A stretch of 64,000 nt of DNA from an uncultured Chloroflexia bacterium. GTDB lineage: Bacteria; Chloroflexota; Anaerolineae; Anaerolineales; UBA4823. The DNA lies in assembly GCA_963822175.1 (NCBI GenBank), contig CAWGGJ010000009.1:80795-144794 (forward strand), in the 5' to 3' direction. Shown here in pieces: positions 1 through 11,241 of this stretch. Made by a program: the position numbers and the translations under genes. How positions within the stretch are numbered: position 1 is the stretch's first letter; every line of letters begins with the position of its first letter. The notes under the pieces were generated by a model, which was not told the origin of the DNA, did no database searches, and saw only the letters and a list, made by a program, of their open reading frames with translations.

Positions 1-292
1 AGAAGGTGGATTATTTAGAATATTCATATAAAACCCTGGTCTAAGTCTATTTCAAACAAGCGAACTGCGTAACAAGAGTTCAAAATTCTAAAAATGGTTT
101 ATCTCGATACCAAGACCCATTTGGTGAAAAATTTCCACAAATTCGATTGTTGCTCTCATCCTTCGGTTTCGGGAGAAGAACCTGATGTAACCGCAGGCTA
201 GCTCCTCCTTGACATAAGTGTAACTTAGCCTCGAATTGGGCGTCAAAATGTACACAATATATACAGTCGATCTTTCCTCTACCGTTTGGCAT
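1..292 (-). pseudogene. Degraded hypothetical protein gene (Cys-containing N-terminus), probably running off the window edge
   Basis: ORF 80..292 with SD-like GAGGAG upstream and a CxxC motif. Coding-like sequence continues past the TGA in shifting frames. Confidence 0.35.
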
Positions 293-424
293 TTACATTA
301 CTCCTCTCAATAGGTAACTATCGTTGTTTACCATTCAATTGATGAGACATACTCCTTATTTTCGTGCCAAGAATAAAGTAGATATCTTGTAGATACACTT
401 GTTTCAAGAAAGATCTATAGGTAA

Positions 425-736
425 TTAGACTTCCGCAGCATCCAGTTTGTTAGGCACTTCTCCATGTAACTTCCGCCAAATGCCTTCGCTGACGAAAACT
501 TGGCTGCCGATAGGTACTGTTTCTTTTGTGCCTTCGGAAAATATGAGACCTAGAGAATAGGAGATACCACTAATCCCATGACCCCACCCCCATGCAAAAC
601 TTACTAAAAAGCTTTCTTCAGTTCCGTCGGGTCGTCTGATAACCACTTCGTCTGAAAACGGATTGAATCGCCAATCATCAGGATTGTCAAGCCAATGGCA
701 ACCATGAGCCTCTACCTTTATCAAGATGGTATTCAA
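425..736 (-). CDS. Hypothetical protein
   Basis: 103-aa ORF with protein-like composition; no family recognised. Confidence 0.45.
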   Translation of the reverse strand: MNTILIKVEAHGCHWLDNPDDWRFNPFSDEVVIRRPDGTEESFLVSFAWGWGHGISGISYSLGLIFSEGTKETVPIGSQVFVSEGIWRKLHGEVPNKLDAAEV

Positions 737-835
737 CGGTAAGTAGTAGTTCCATAGTCAATCTATTATACACTTATACGTGTAGTAGCTCAGGCGCAGG
801 GGAAAATCGGCTTTTGTGGCTTTATAGTCTTTTAG

Positions 836-1255
836 CCTAAACTTGAGCCTGTTAGCCACCATCCCATAGTTTCAATCTTGCGATAACGTAACGATTTTAC
901 TGGAAGCGATTCCTTTGCCATTATTGACAGTTCTTGTAGAGACGCCTCTTTGCCATACACCCTGGCTAAATGATATGGTAATTGTGGAACTGAAACATTC
1001 CAACGTCAATCATTGACCGTAAGACTTCACCAAGATCGAGCAAATAATAGGGTCGTATTTTGGTTAATTAATCGAGCAGATAGCCTGAAACCACTGATAG
1101 TTTATATTGCCTCTTTGAAATACAAACATACACCCCCAAAATATCTCTTCAGGTCTACATTGAGCTAACATTGAACCCCAACGGTGATCTTCTTGAGGGT
1201 CTATAGTATGTCCATAAGAATTGATTATTTCCTGATATATTTGCTCTCGATCCAT
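836..1255 (-). pseudogene. Fragmented hypothetical protein gene
   Basis: The MDREQIYQEII... ORF stops at 1064. A coding-like frame resumes downstream (WNVSVPQLPYHLARVYGKEA...KIETMGWWL) and ends near 836. Confidence 0.4.
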
Positions 1256-1281
1256 ATACCCTGACGATTTATTTGAAAATA

Positions 1282-1901
1282 TCAAAATCGAAATTGCTGA
1301 AGGAAGTCACGCAACAAGATACGCTTGCGGAATAACCTGACGGTCATGTAGGTGAGAATAAATGACCCAACGAAAAGTACTCCCATCAGAGTATGGAAGG
1401 CATCAGACAGCCCTGGCGAAATCCAGATACTCAGACGGCCTAATATGTAGAAATAAACTCCCATGGGTATCAGGTAAAGAAATACCACTAAAAGATCTCT
1501 AATCAAATGATAGATGAGTTCACCACCAAAGAGCATAATACTGTGCACCCAATCGTTTTGAGTATCTGCTACTCCGTAGTAGCCCGACTGCTTTTGACCT
1601 GCAGACGAGCCTGTTCGAGGGTTTGACGAATAAGCCGTGCTGGACGATCTTGGTTCAGAACGAGTCGGATGGAAAGAGGTAGGCTGGTCCATTATTAGGA
1701 TCGCAAGAAATCGTATCGGCACGAATGAGCGGAGCTACCCAGAATTGCATAGTCTTTGTTGATTAACTGCATTTGGGCAATATCCACAGAAACCGTGGAT
1801 ACATCAGGATGGTAACGAAACGCCAAGCGGCGATAGGCGCTTCGAATCTGGTGATAAGAAGCGGAGGGGCTTAGTTCGAGAACTGCATAATAATCAATCA
1901 T
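1282..1901 (-). pseudogene. J-domain (DnaJ-like) membrane protein, split into two frames
   Basis: 1695..1901 has DYYAVLEL...AYRRLA.RYHPD...RYD. The overlapping ORF 1282..1722 supplies a Ser-rich linker and two hydrophobic helices. Confidence 0.7.
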
Positions 1902-2006
1902 ATCGGAAATAAAATAATCTTACTACGTAAAAGTACCGAACGAATTGTCGCCCAACAATATATCCTACGCACTCTTGCTATACTTCAATCTCACACTATT
2001 TTATAT

Positions 2007-3063
2007 ATTAGATTCAACTCACAAGTGCAACTTTGATGGTTGAAAGAGGTAAGCTGCGGTAGGATAAGCCTCTAGAGACCGCCAAGTCAAAGGAGTGCTT
2101 ATGAGCTACACGCAGCTTACCCAAGAACAAAGATACCAGATATATGCCTTGTTGAAAATGGGTCACAATCGAACGGAGATCGCCGAAGTGATTGAAATGC
2201 ATAAAGCCAACATAAGTCGGGAGCTGGGCCGCAATAGCGGTCTTCGAGGCTACCGACCCAAGCAGGCTCATCACAAGGCACTTAGTCGCCGAAATCATAG
2301 CCAAGCTCGGATCATGCCAGAAATTTGGGAGATGATCGAGGCGAAACTTCGTCTGGAGTGGAGCCCGGAGCAAGTCTCGGGATGGTTGCACAGGCATCAC
2401 GCGATCCAAGTCAGTCACGAGTGGATTTACCAGCACATTCTGGTGGACAAACAGGCGGGAGGTGATCTGTATCGTCATCTACGCTGCCAAAAGAAACGAC
2501 GCAAACGCTATGGCAGCTATGACCGTCGTGGTAAGCTGCCAAACCGAGTGAGCATTGAAGAACGACCGGTGATTGTCGAACAACGCCAGCGGATCGGCGA
2601 TTGGGAAGTAGACACGATCATTGGCAAAGGACATCATCAGGGGATTGTCACCCTGATTGAACGCAAATCTCGCTTCGCTTTGCTGTCCAAAGTTGAACAG
2701 CGTACTGCCGACCAGGTGAGCAAAGCCATGATTGCCCTGCTCCTGCCAGTATCGGACCGATTTCATACGATCACTGCTGATAATGGCAAGGAGTTTGCTG
2801 AACATGAAAGGATAGCCCATGAACTGCAAGTCTATTTCTTTTTTGCTCATCCTAATGCCGCCTGGGAAAGAGGTCCAAACGAAAACATGAATGGCTTAGT
2901 TCGACAATACATTCCCAAAAAGCGTAATTTTGCATCTGTCACTACGTAGAATTGATCCAGATCATGAAACGTTTGAATTATCGTCCAAGAAAATGTCTTG
3001 ACTTTATGTCACCTTTTGAAGTATTCTTTAATCAGTCTGTTGCACTAACAAGTTGAATCCACA
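2007..3063 (+). mobile_element. IS30-family insertion sequence
   Basis: Imperfect terminal inverted repeats (left AGATTCAACTCACAAGTGCAAC at about 2010-2031; right GTTGCACTAACAAGTTGAATCCACA at 3039-3063) flank the transposase. Confidence 0.9.
2101..3057 (+). pseudogene. IS30 transposase, frameshifted near the C-terminus
   Basis: HTH plus DDE motifs (GDWEVDT, TADNGKEF, WERGPNENMNGLVRQY). TAG at 2947; the expected tail ELIQIMKRLNYRPRKCLDFMSPFEVF lies in another frame, ending at TGA near 3057. Confidence 0.85.
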
Positions 3064-3139
3064 TACTAAAACATAAATATATCTTTTGTTTTGTCTACAC
3101 ATCCAATAGGACTTCAATTATTAGCTGCATATCCCTCCC

Positions 3140-3904
3140 TCAGTTCTTCCCCCTCAGTTTGTCGACGATCTTCTCGGCCCAGGATTTGTTCCGCTTCAAC
3201 TCCTCGAAATCCGATAAACACTGGTCAAGCCAGGCGTAGTACCATTCCAGGAAGGTAGGCAAACCCGAAAGAGAAGGCCAATTGGTTTCCTCTTGGTATC
3301 TTTGCTGCCACCCAATACCTAGATGTTTAGGTGGCCGAAACCAATAATTTAGCTCATCTATATTAGGAACCGAATCTGCACAAAGTTCTACCAGTCTTCC
3401 AGCCAATTCTCCAGAAGTCACTAAATAATGCCAAAAATCGTACTCTGAACAGATTGGAATACAGCCGTTTGTCGGCCAATATATTTTAACAGCAGCTTGA
3501 CGCCCTTCACTCATTACCCACTCGCCCTGTGCCTGTGCCTGTTCCAGACTCATTGGGAACGGTTGATCCGGCTTTGGAGGCCCGGTGGGGTCTTTTGCAC
3601 TTAACCACTCATCGAACAAATTACGAAGAATCTCACCAGGGCTAAGCAGACCGTAAGATGGCCCTGCGCCATAGCCTATTTCCAGGAGAAACTGGCGGTA
3701 ATCTTCGGGCAAGCGAACACCCAACTTGCTCTCCAAACTTTCTATTTCGCCATTCGATAGAGGATAGCTCTTGTATTGGTGTGTTTCAGAACCGAAGACC
3801 TGTAGTTGTTTGTCGAGATCTTTTAGGAGCTTTAGCATGTACCTTATTTCTTCCAAATGTGGGGTTTCTCTCTCATCCATATCTCTGAACTTTGTCTGGA
3901 TCAC
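3140..3904 (-). CDS. SMI1/KNR4 (SUKH) family protein
   Basis: Signature LSNGEIESLESKLGVRLPEDYRQFLLEIGYG.GP.YGL and C-terminal TFLEWYYAWLD. Confidence 0.85.
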   Translation of the reverse strand: MIQTKFRDMDERETPHLEEIRYMLKLLKDLDKQLQVFGSETHQYKSYPLSNGEIESLESKLGVRLPEDYRQFLLEIGYGAGPSYGLLSPGEILRNLFDEWLSAKDPTGPPKPDQPFPMSLEQAQAQGEWVMSEGRQAAVKIYWPTNGCIPICSEYDFWHYLVTSGELAGRLVELCADSVPNIDELNYWFRPPKHLGIGWQQRYQEETNWPSLSGLPTFLEWYYAWLDQCLSDFEELKRNKSWAEKIVDKLRGKN

Positions 3905-4300
3905 ACCTACTCATCTGTATCGTAAAAGAAAATGTCATGTATTTTTAATCCCGCCAATTCTTGAGCACATTATACAGGTATACAATTTTCAATACAAATG
4001 CTCCAGATATGAATACATCATAAAACTACCCCTGTATGTTGTAAACATGGTTATATAAGGGGGTATCACTCACCTAAAGTGAACACGGCTGTGCATACAA
4101 TTAAATATTCTTTCCTCTTGGTGTCAGTGACCCCAGAGGGCATCGCCTGGACACCTGGGGGTGGAGATAGGTACCATGCTGCCTATTAACCCACGTCTTA
4201 TCACATGGATTCACCAGTCCCCTCGATTGAAACAGGCTTTTTTGAATCTGCAACGAAAGGATAATAGAATTTAACGCACACTATCTTTATAAAAAGAAAA

Positions 4301-4355
4301 ATGGTAATCTTCGTATTTTCCCCTCAATGGGGGTATTTATCGAGAAGATTACCAT
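4301..4355 (-). terminator. Inverted repeat downstream of tRNA-Leu
   Basis: ATGGTAATCTTC (4301-4312) pairs with GAAGATTACCAT (4344-4355), followed by a T-rich tract on the minus strand. Confidence 0.55.
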
Positions 4356-4367
4356 CATAGAAGCTAT

Positions 4368-4452
4368 TGGTGCCGAAGGAGGGAATCGAACCCTCATTCC
4401 TTACGGAACACGATTTTGAGTCGTGCGCGTCTGCCTATTCCGCCACTTCGGC
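4368..4452 (-). tRNA. tRNA-Leu(CAA)
   Basis: Minus strand reads GCCGAAGTGGCGGAATAGGCAGACGCGCACGACTCAAAATCGTG...GGTTCGATTCCCTCCTTCGGCACCA: cloverleaf, long variable arm, encoded CCA. Confidence 0.95.
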
Positions 4453-4575
4453 AAGTTGGTTTGCAAATTATACCCGAAACTGGTATGAAAGTTTAGGGCT
4501 TCGCCCAACCGCAGTATAATCTCCCAAGAAGAATATTGACGGGTATAATACCTCGTCTAAAATGGGAGATAGAGC

Positions 4576-5640
4576 ATGAGACTTGGAATCATTGGCCTGC
4601 CTCAATCTGGAAAAACCACCGTTTTTAATGCGCTAACACGTGGTCATCAGCCATTGACCACCAGCGGAGGTCGTTTCGACGTCCATACTGGCGTGGTGGA
4701 CGTTCCGGATGGGCGCGTGGATCGATTATCAGAGCTATTTAAGCCCAAGAAAACCATCTATGCCAAGGTCACTTATGCTGACATTGCCGGGTTGGAGGGT
4801 AGTAAAAGTGCCATTTCCGGTCAACTACTCAATTTAATCACCCAAATGGATGGCTTATTGCATGTGGTGCGCTGTTTCGAGGACGTCGATGTACCCCACC
4901 CATCCGGCACTGTGAATCCCTTGCGCGATATTGCCACCATGGACTCAGAGCTGCTGCTTAATGACATGATCGCGGTGGAACGCAAGCTGGAACGCCTGGC
5001 AGAAGAGCGTAAAAAAGGGGGCGGGCGCGAGCGAGCCGTCATTGAGCGTGAATTCGTGCTTTTCGAGCGATTTAAAGAAACCCTCTCAGGCGAGGTTCCG
5101 TTGCGGGAGATCACACTGACAACCGAAGAAGAGAAAACGCTTTCAGGCTTTGGTTTCCTGACCCGTAAGCCCATGATGGTGCTGCTCAATCTTCATGAAG
5201 GGCAGGAAATGCCCCCCGTGGAGTATCCACATGCACACAGCAATCTTGCCGCGCTGCAGGGCAAGCTGGAGATGGAAATTGCGCAGTTATCCAGTGAAGA
5301 TGCAGAGCTCTTTATGACAGAGTTTGGCATTACCGAGCTTGGGCTGGCACGGGTCATTCGCCTGTCATACGACTTGCTAGGATTGATCTCGTTTTTTACC
5401 GTCGGCCCGGATGAAGTACGCGCATGGACCATAAATCGGGGGTCGTCCGCGTATGAAGCTGCGGGAGAGATCCATTCAGATCTGCAAAAAGGCTTCATCC
5501 GCGCTGAAGTGATCCCTTATGACGAGCTGCTTTCACTGGGTGGCTTGAGTGAGGCCAAAGCGAAAGGCCGGTTAAGGCTGGAAGGGAAAGAATACATCGT
5601 ACGTGATGGAGAGATCGTGCACATTCGATTTAATGTTTGA
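4576..5640 (+). CDS. ychF: Redox-regulated ATPase YchF (Obg family)
   Basis: GIIGLPQSGKTT, DIAGL, IHSDLQKGFIRAEV, RLEGKEYIVRDG, ending RFNV. Confidence 0.95.
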   Translation: MRLGIIGLPQSGKTTVFNALTRGHQPLTTSGGRFDVHTGVVDVPDGRVDRLSELFKPKKTIYAKVTYADIAGLEGSKSAISGQLLNLITQMDGLLHVVRCFEDVDVPHPSGTVNPLRDIATMDSELLLNDMIAVERKLERLAEERKKGGGRERAVIEREFVLFERFKETLSGEVPLREITLTTEEEKTLSGFGFLTRKPMMVLLNLHEGQEMPPVEYPHAHSNLAALQGKLEMEIAQLSSEDAELFMTEFGITELGLARVIRLSYDLLGLISFFTVGPDEVRAWTINRGSSAYEAAGEIHSDLQKGFIRAEVIPYDELLSLGGLSEAKAKGRLRLEGKEYIVRDGEIVHIRFNV

Positions 5641-5709
5641 TTTTATCCTTGCCATGAATGGTGAGTTATCCATAAATAGAAAATATTTCCAATTTATTAG
5701 GAGACGACA

Positions 5710-7483
5710 ATGACTTTTACACAATCCCCCTGGAGTTTAGCTGATCTGTTTTCATCTCATGACAGTCCTGAAATGAAAGCCGCGTTCGATGAAATCGATG
5801 ACATGGTGGTTGAGTTCGAAGCCCTACGGCCGAGCCTTTCCCCGGGTATGCCGCAGGAAGCATTCCTGGATGCCATTCGCATGCTTGAAGCCATTTCACG
5901 CCTGGCTAACCGCATTGTCACCTTTGCGGGGCTTGGTTTTGCTGCTGACACACAGGACCAGGTGATCCAGGCCTTTCAATCCGATGTTGAAAGCCGCATG
6001 GCGATCATTGCCAACCGCACATTGTTTTTCAGCCTGTGGTGGAAGAGCCTGGAGGACATAGAAGCTGAAAGGTTGATGACTGGCTCCGGAGATTATCGCT
6101 ATTGGCTGGAAGAAATCCGCCATTTTAAACCCCATACCCTGACGGAACCCGAAGAAAAGATTATCAACATCAAGGACGTCACCGGTAGTGCGGCGATCAA
6201 TAACCTGTACGCCATGATCACCAATCGTTATACATTCCATATAGAAGTGGATGGAGAAAGCAAGGAGCTTACGCGGGGAGAATTAATGGTTTATGCTCGA
6301 CACTACGACCCTGCTCTGCGAGCAGCTGCCTACCAGGAGCTGTACCGCGTTTATGGCCAGGATGCTCCCATCCTGGGTCAAATGTACCAGACCCTGGTAA
6401 GGGATTGGCATAATGAAAACCTGGATATGCGCCACTTTTAACAGCCCTTTGGCAGTGCGGAACCTGTCAAATGATATTCCTGATGATGTGGTCGATACCT
6501 TGTTGGGAGTATGCCAGGATAACATTTCCGTTTTTCAACGTTTCTTCCGCCTCAAAGCCCGTTGGTTACAGCTTGAACAGCTAAGGCGCTATGATATTTA
6601 TGCCCCGGTGATCAAGACAGAGAAGAAATACGAATTTGCCGCTGCTGCCGATATGGTTTTTGAAGCATTCCACCGTTTTGACCCAAGGATCGCAAATTTG
6701 GCACAACGGGTGCTTGATCAAAACCACCTTGACAGTGAGGTACGGCGAGGAAAGATGAGTGGAGCCTTTTGTGCTACGGTTGCGCCAGAAATCACTCCGT
6801 GGGTTCTGGTTAATTACCAGGAGAAGCCTGATGATGTGGCAACCCTGGCGCACGAGCTGGGCCATGCAATACACTCCCAACTCGCGGCTGATCATAGCCT
6901 GTTCACTTTCCATTCATCGCTGCCCCTGGCAGAGACGGCCTCCACATTCGGTGAAATGTTACTGGTGGACGACTTGCTGAGGACAGAAAGTGATGCTTCC
7001 GTGCGCCAAACCATGCTTTTCAGGCAGGTTGATGATGCCTATGCCACCGTGATGCGCCAGGCGTACTTTGCCGTGTTCGAACGCCAGGCGCATGAACTGG
7101 TTCAGCATGGTGCAACGGTTGACGAATTATCAAACGTTTACCTTGAGAATTTGCATAATCAATTTGGGGATGCTGTTGAGGTGAGTGATGAATTCCGATG
7201 GGAGTGGGTATCCATCCCCCATATTTACCAAACGCCATTCTATGTTTATGCCTATACTTTTGGCCAGCTGTTGGTTCTATCCTTGTACAAGCAGTTTAAA
7301 ATCGAAGGCGAGGCATTCAAGCCACGATATCTTAGCTTGCTGTCAGCAGGTGGGTCAAAATCACCAGAAAAGATATTATCCGACGCAGGGATCGACATGC
7401 ATAACGCAGGTTTCTGGCAGGGAGGAATGGATGTCATCCGCGGGCTTGTTGAGCAGCTAGAAACCATCCCGTTAGCGAAGTAA
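5710..7483 (+). CDS. pepF: M3B oligoendopeptidase F, split by a +1 frameshift at 6436-6439
   Basis: ORFs 5710..6441 and 6413..7483 join (MRHF/NSPL) if one T is removed. Motifs AHELGH, LAETAS, HIYQTPFYVYAY. Confidence 0.85.
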
Positions 7484-7486
7484 CCC

Positions 7487-7525
7487 CAGGGATTTGGAGA
7501 ACAAATACCCTCCTCCAAATCCCTG
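7487..7525. terminator. Hairpin between convergent pepF and ssb
   Basis: CAGGGATTTGGAG ... CTCCAAATCCCTG followed by TTCTTTT. Confidence 0.7.
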
Positions 7526-7540
7526 TTCTTTTAACCAACA

Positions 7541-7933
7541 CTATTCGTGGCCAAGTTCCTCATCGTCTGTTGGCTCTTCACCTTCAACCGAGGGTAGATC
7601 TTCAGCTTTTCGGTCAAGCATTTGCATCTGAGAGGCTACCACCTTGGTGAAGTAGCGGGTTTCTCCATCATGCTCATAGCGATCTGTGCGCAGCTGCCCT
7701 TCAAGAAAAACCAGCCTGCCTTTGTGTAAATATTGCTTGCAAATTTCTCCCAGATGGCCCCACGCTTCAATATTGAACCAGTCAGCGGTTTCCTTTTCTT
7801 CACCGGTGCTACTCTTCCAGCGGCGGCTAACTGCAACGCTAAATGTACACACCTTCTTGCCTTTAGGCGTGAAGCGTATTTCAGGGTCCTTCCCCAGGTG
7901 TCCAATCAATTGGATGCGGTTTAGAGATGGCAT
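7541..7933 (-). CDS. ssb: Single-stranded DNA-binding protein
   Basis: MPSLNRIQLIGHLGKDPEIRFT...WFNIEAW...KGRLVFLEGQL with acidic tail. Start set at ATG 7933 after GGAGG. Confidence 0.93.
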   Translation of the reverse strand: MPSLNRIQLIGHLGKDPEIRFTPKGKKVCTFSVAVSRRWKSSTGEEKETADWFNIEAWGHLGEICKQYLHKGRLVFLEGQLRTDRYEHDGETRYFTKVVASQMQMLDRKAEDLPSVEGEEPTDDEELGHE

Positions 7934-7992
7934 GAGAACCTCCGAATAATCATCCCGGTTTCTCTTTATGAAATGAAGAGGTTTTTCCAGGC

Positions 7993-8396
7993 TTAGTAGG
8001 TAATGACTCTTGGCAGCTTCTTTGCCTGTTCGATCCAATCGGTGACCTGAGACTCAACAGGAAGCTTGCGAACAAGTTTCTTTTCCAGGTTTACTGCAAC
8101 CATCTTTTGAGCAAGGTTGGCAGGCTTCCGCTGAGCCAGTTCTACAACTGTATCTACCCCGGCAGCTTCCAACAGGTCGGAGTACTCCGATCCCACGCCT
8201 TTAATGCGATACAGGTCCACATGGTTGACCCATTCGAGGATCAACGCATCGCCGATACCAGTCTTCTCAGCAAGCTCCTTGCGACCTTTGGGTGTTGCAC
8301 CGGCCTTCAATAATGCGTCAGTTGTACTGATGCCTACCTTTTTAATTTATCAGTATATTTCGTTCCAATTCCTTCAACATCAATGATCTTTGCCAT
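7993..8396 (-). CDS. DUF4332-like helix-hairpin-helix protein, frameshifted in an A run (8339-8343)
   Basis: MAKIIDVEGIGTKY.. from 8396 (AAGGAG SD) joins VGISTTDALLKAGATPKGR...DLYRIKGVGSEYSDLLEAAGVDTV if one A is added. Confidence 0.8.
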
Positions 8397-8565
8397 ATTT
8401 ATCTCCTTTTTTAAGTAATTACTTCTTCGGATATAGATAACCTTCAATGAACCTGTCATTGCATTATGTTCACTACAGTCAGGTTGACTGGAACAAAATA
8501 TGAAGGCTATCCCAGGCTGATTAATTATAATCTTGAATGAAATTAAAGAAAATCATACAGGTAAT

Positions 8566-8608
8566 TAAAAGCAGTAACGCAAGAGACCATCTTGCATCAC
8601 TGCTTTTA
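8566..8608 (-). terminator. Inverted repeat, likely terminator
   Basis: TAAAAGCAGT..GCAAGA...TCTTGC..ACTGCTTTTA. Confidence 0.55.
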
Positions 8609-8641
8609 TGACCTTTAGTGTTCTGATAAGACTCAAATACC

Positions 8642-9598
8642 CTAAGTTAGGGGTGGCTCAATGCCTTCTGGCAGGTCAGGCACTTCGCTCATTTCCAGTG
8701 CAGGCATGGTGGTCAGGCGGATATAGGTAAGCGTCCATGCGGAGGTGGTGTATGCCCTTAGAACACCACTCAGCAGGAGCAATATCGGCAAATAGATGAA
8801 AAAGAGCACGCCAGAAACAAGCATCCCGTTGCGGATCGCCTCTGCGGTGCCTGAAACGAATCCCGCAAATGCCGGGGCACCTACGATGAGTAGCGGCAAA
8901 CCAATCACTGCCCCGCCAATTAAGCCGACACCCAGCATCAGGATCAGCGACATCACGATCATAGTACCGATGTTATGCCTGACAACTTCCCAGCCACGGC
9001 TTATTGCCTTCATAACACTCAAATTTTCAACCACCAGGGCGATGTTTGCCTGCTCGATCACCACGTAAACAGCCCACATCACAGGGATGAGCAGACAGGT
9101 CATGGGGATTAAACATAGAGCAAACAGGCCAAAGGTGAGTCCCGTCAGGACGATACCGGGAATAAAGAGAGCCAGGATCACCAGGAAGATGAAGACCCCG
9201 ATCAGCAGATTTAATCCAAAGACTCGCCAGAAATATACCAGTCCATCGCGCCATAACTCGCCAAATGTAAGGCGCTCCGCGCCTTGCTCGGCTTTCATTG
9301 TGCCGCGGATCAGGCCAACCCGCCCAATGGTTCCCAGCAAAATAGCCAGGATAATCACTGCAAGGATAGCCAGGATTCCTAGCGCAATGAGAAACGCAAT
9401 TGCGGCAGGATCCAGCTGATTGAAGAAGTTTTCAATCTGAGGAAATACATTAGCATCCTCGCTTGAGAAAGTGTATTGGATATTACTGCCCCCCGATCCG
9501 GATGATTGTCCGCAGCTGGCAAGAATTCCGAAAATCCATAGCACCTTAAATTTCCAAATAATCTTCAAGGCTCTTTTAAGTACATATCCGAAGTCCAT
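8642..9598 (-). CDS. Multi-pass membrane protein of unknown function
   Basis: 318 aa with several hydrophobic segments and AAGGAG SD; resembles 51183..52343. Confidence 0.8.
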   Translation of the reverse strand: MDFGYVLKRALKIIWKFKVLWIFGILASCGQSSGSGGSNIQYTFSSEDANVFPQIENFFNQLDPAAIAFLIALGILAILAVIILAILLGTIGRVGLIRGTMKAEQGAERLTFGELWRDGLVYFWRVFGLNLLIGVFIFLVILALFIPGIVLTGLTFGLFALCLIPMTCLLIPVMWAVYVVIEQANIALVVENLSVMKAISRGWEVVRHNIGTMIVMSLILMLGVGLIGGAVIGLPLLIVGAPAFAGFVSGTAEAIRNGMLVSGVLFFIYLPILLLLSGVLRAYTTSAWTLTYIRLTTMPALEMSEVPDLPEGIEPPLT

Positions 9599-9696
9599 AG
9601 CGTTCTCCTTTCTAAAACCTCACTACTCTATACGAAGAAATGATAGATATGTTGCTTAGACGATCTGGTTTGATGGGAATCAATTGTGTATTAATT

Positions 9697-11241
9697 TTAT
9701 TCCCATTCAATCGTTGCAGGGGGTTTACTGGTAATATCATAGACCACCCGATTAACCCCAGCAACTTCATTCACAATCCGGTTGGCGATGCGAGCCAGCA
9801 GGTCATACGGCAGTCGTGCCCAATCTGCGGTCATGAAATCATCCGTGGTCACCGCCCGTAAGGCGATCGTTTCCTGGTAGGTGCGGCTGTCACCCATCAC
9901 ACCCACAGAACGCACAGGCAGTAGAACAGCAAAAGCCTGAGCAGTGCCTTCGTTTTCATCCATATGCAACAAGCCCGCCCGTGATAGCTCGCCGGTAAAG
10001 ATCGCATCAGCTTGCCGCAGGCGCTCCAGGCGTTCGGGGGTGATCTCTCCCAGGCAGCGCACTGCCAGCCCGGGGCCGGGGAAAGGTTGCCGCCAGATAA
10101 GCTCAGACGGGAGCCCAAGCGCCTCACCCACCTGGCGGACCTCGTCTTTGAAAAGATAGCGTAAAGGTTCGACCAGCTCGAACTGCATATTCTCCGGCAG
10201 CCCACCAACATTGTGGTGGCTCTTGATCCTTGCAGCCTGGGACCGGTCGGGGGCGCTGGATTCGACCACATCAGGATAGATGGTCCCCTGGACCAGGAAG
10301 CGTGGTCTGCCAAGCTGGTTTGCCTGCGCTTCGAAGATGCGAATGAATTTCTCACCAATGATGCGCCTTTTTTGTTCCGGCTCGAGTATGTTGTGCAGCG
10401 CACGCATAAATTCATTGACCGCGTCCACCGCAACCAATTCAGCACCCAGCGTATCCTGGAAAGCCTGCACTACTTGTAATGCTTCTCCCTGGCGTAGCAG
10501 GCCATTATCTACGAACACAGCCACAAGCTGATCACCTACGGCGCGGTGAACCAGGGTTGTAGCCACACTCGAATCAACCCCTCCACTGACCGCTGATATG
10601 ACTCGCTCCGCGCCCACCTGGAGCTGTATGCGCTTAATCGTGTCTGTAATGATGGATGCGGGTGTCCATTCAGGGAGGGCAGCACAAATATCGATTGCAA
10701 ATCGACGCAGGATGTGGCTGCCATCCTGGGTGTGACGGACTTCGGGATGGAACTGCACACCAAAATAGCGCCTTTTTTCATCTCCTATGGCTGCATAAGG
10801 CGAATTGGGCGAAGTCGCCAGGGTGATAAAGCCATCCGGAGGCTGCTCGATGCGGTCGCCGTGTGACATCCATACCAGCCGCTTGCCTTCGCTCAGGAGT
10901 GGATTGATACGCTCTGTCTCTACCTCAGCAGGACCATACTCGCGTTTTGTTGAGGCTGCCACCCGGCCACCCAACGCAAAAGTAAGCGCCTGCATCCCAT
11001 AGCAAATACCCAGTACAGGCAGGCGGCTTTCCAAGATATACGGGGGAATCATTGGCGCGTGGGGGTCGTACACCGACGCATGGCTCCCGGAGAGGATAAA
11101 ACCGCGTGGTTTTAAAGATAATACTTTTTCCGGGGTTTCATTCCACGGAAACAGCTCACAATAGACATGTGCCTCACGCACCCGCCTGGTAATCAGCTGG
11201 GCATACTGGGAGCCAAAGTCGATGACGGCGATTGAATCCAT
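9697..11241 (-). CDS. guaA: GMP synthase (glutamine-hydrolysing)
   Basis: [31 protein letters not shown], ending KPPATIEWE. Confidence 0.97.
   Translation of the reverse strand: MDSIAVIDFGSQYAQLITRRVREAHVYCELFPWNETPEKVLSLKPRGFILSGSHASVYDPHAPMIPPYILESRLPVLGICYGMQALTFALGGRVAASTKREYGPAEVETERINPLLSEGKRLVWMSHGDRIEQPPDGFITLATSPNSPYAAIGDEKRRYFGVQFHPEVRHTQDGSHILRRFAIDICAALPEWTPASIITDTIKRIQLQVGAERVISAVSGGVDSSVATTLVHRAVGDQLVAVFVDNGLLRQGEALQVVQAFQDTLGAELVAVDAVNEFMRALHNILEPEQKRRIIGEKFIRIFEAQANQLGRPRFLVQGTIYPDVVESSAPDRSQAARIKSHHNVGGLPENMQFELVEPLRYLFKDEVRQVGEALGLPSELIWRQPFPGPGLAVRCLGEITPERLERLRQADAIFTGELSRAGLLHMDENEGTAQAFAVLLPVRSVGVMGDSRTYQETIALRAVTTDDFMTADWARLPYDLLARIANRIVNEVAGVNRVVYDITSKPPATIEWE

Noticed and set aside
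2014-2850. Minus-strand ORFs inside the IS30
   Set aside because: Antisense shadows of the transposase, with no recognisable motifs.
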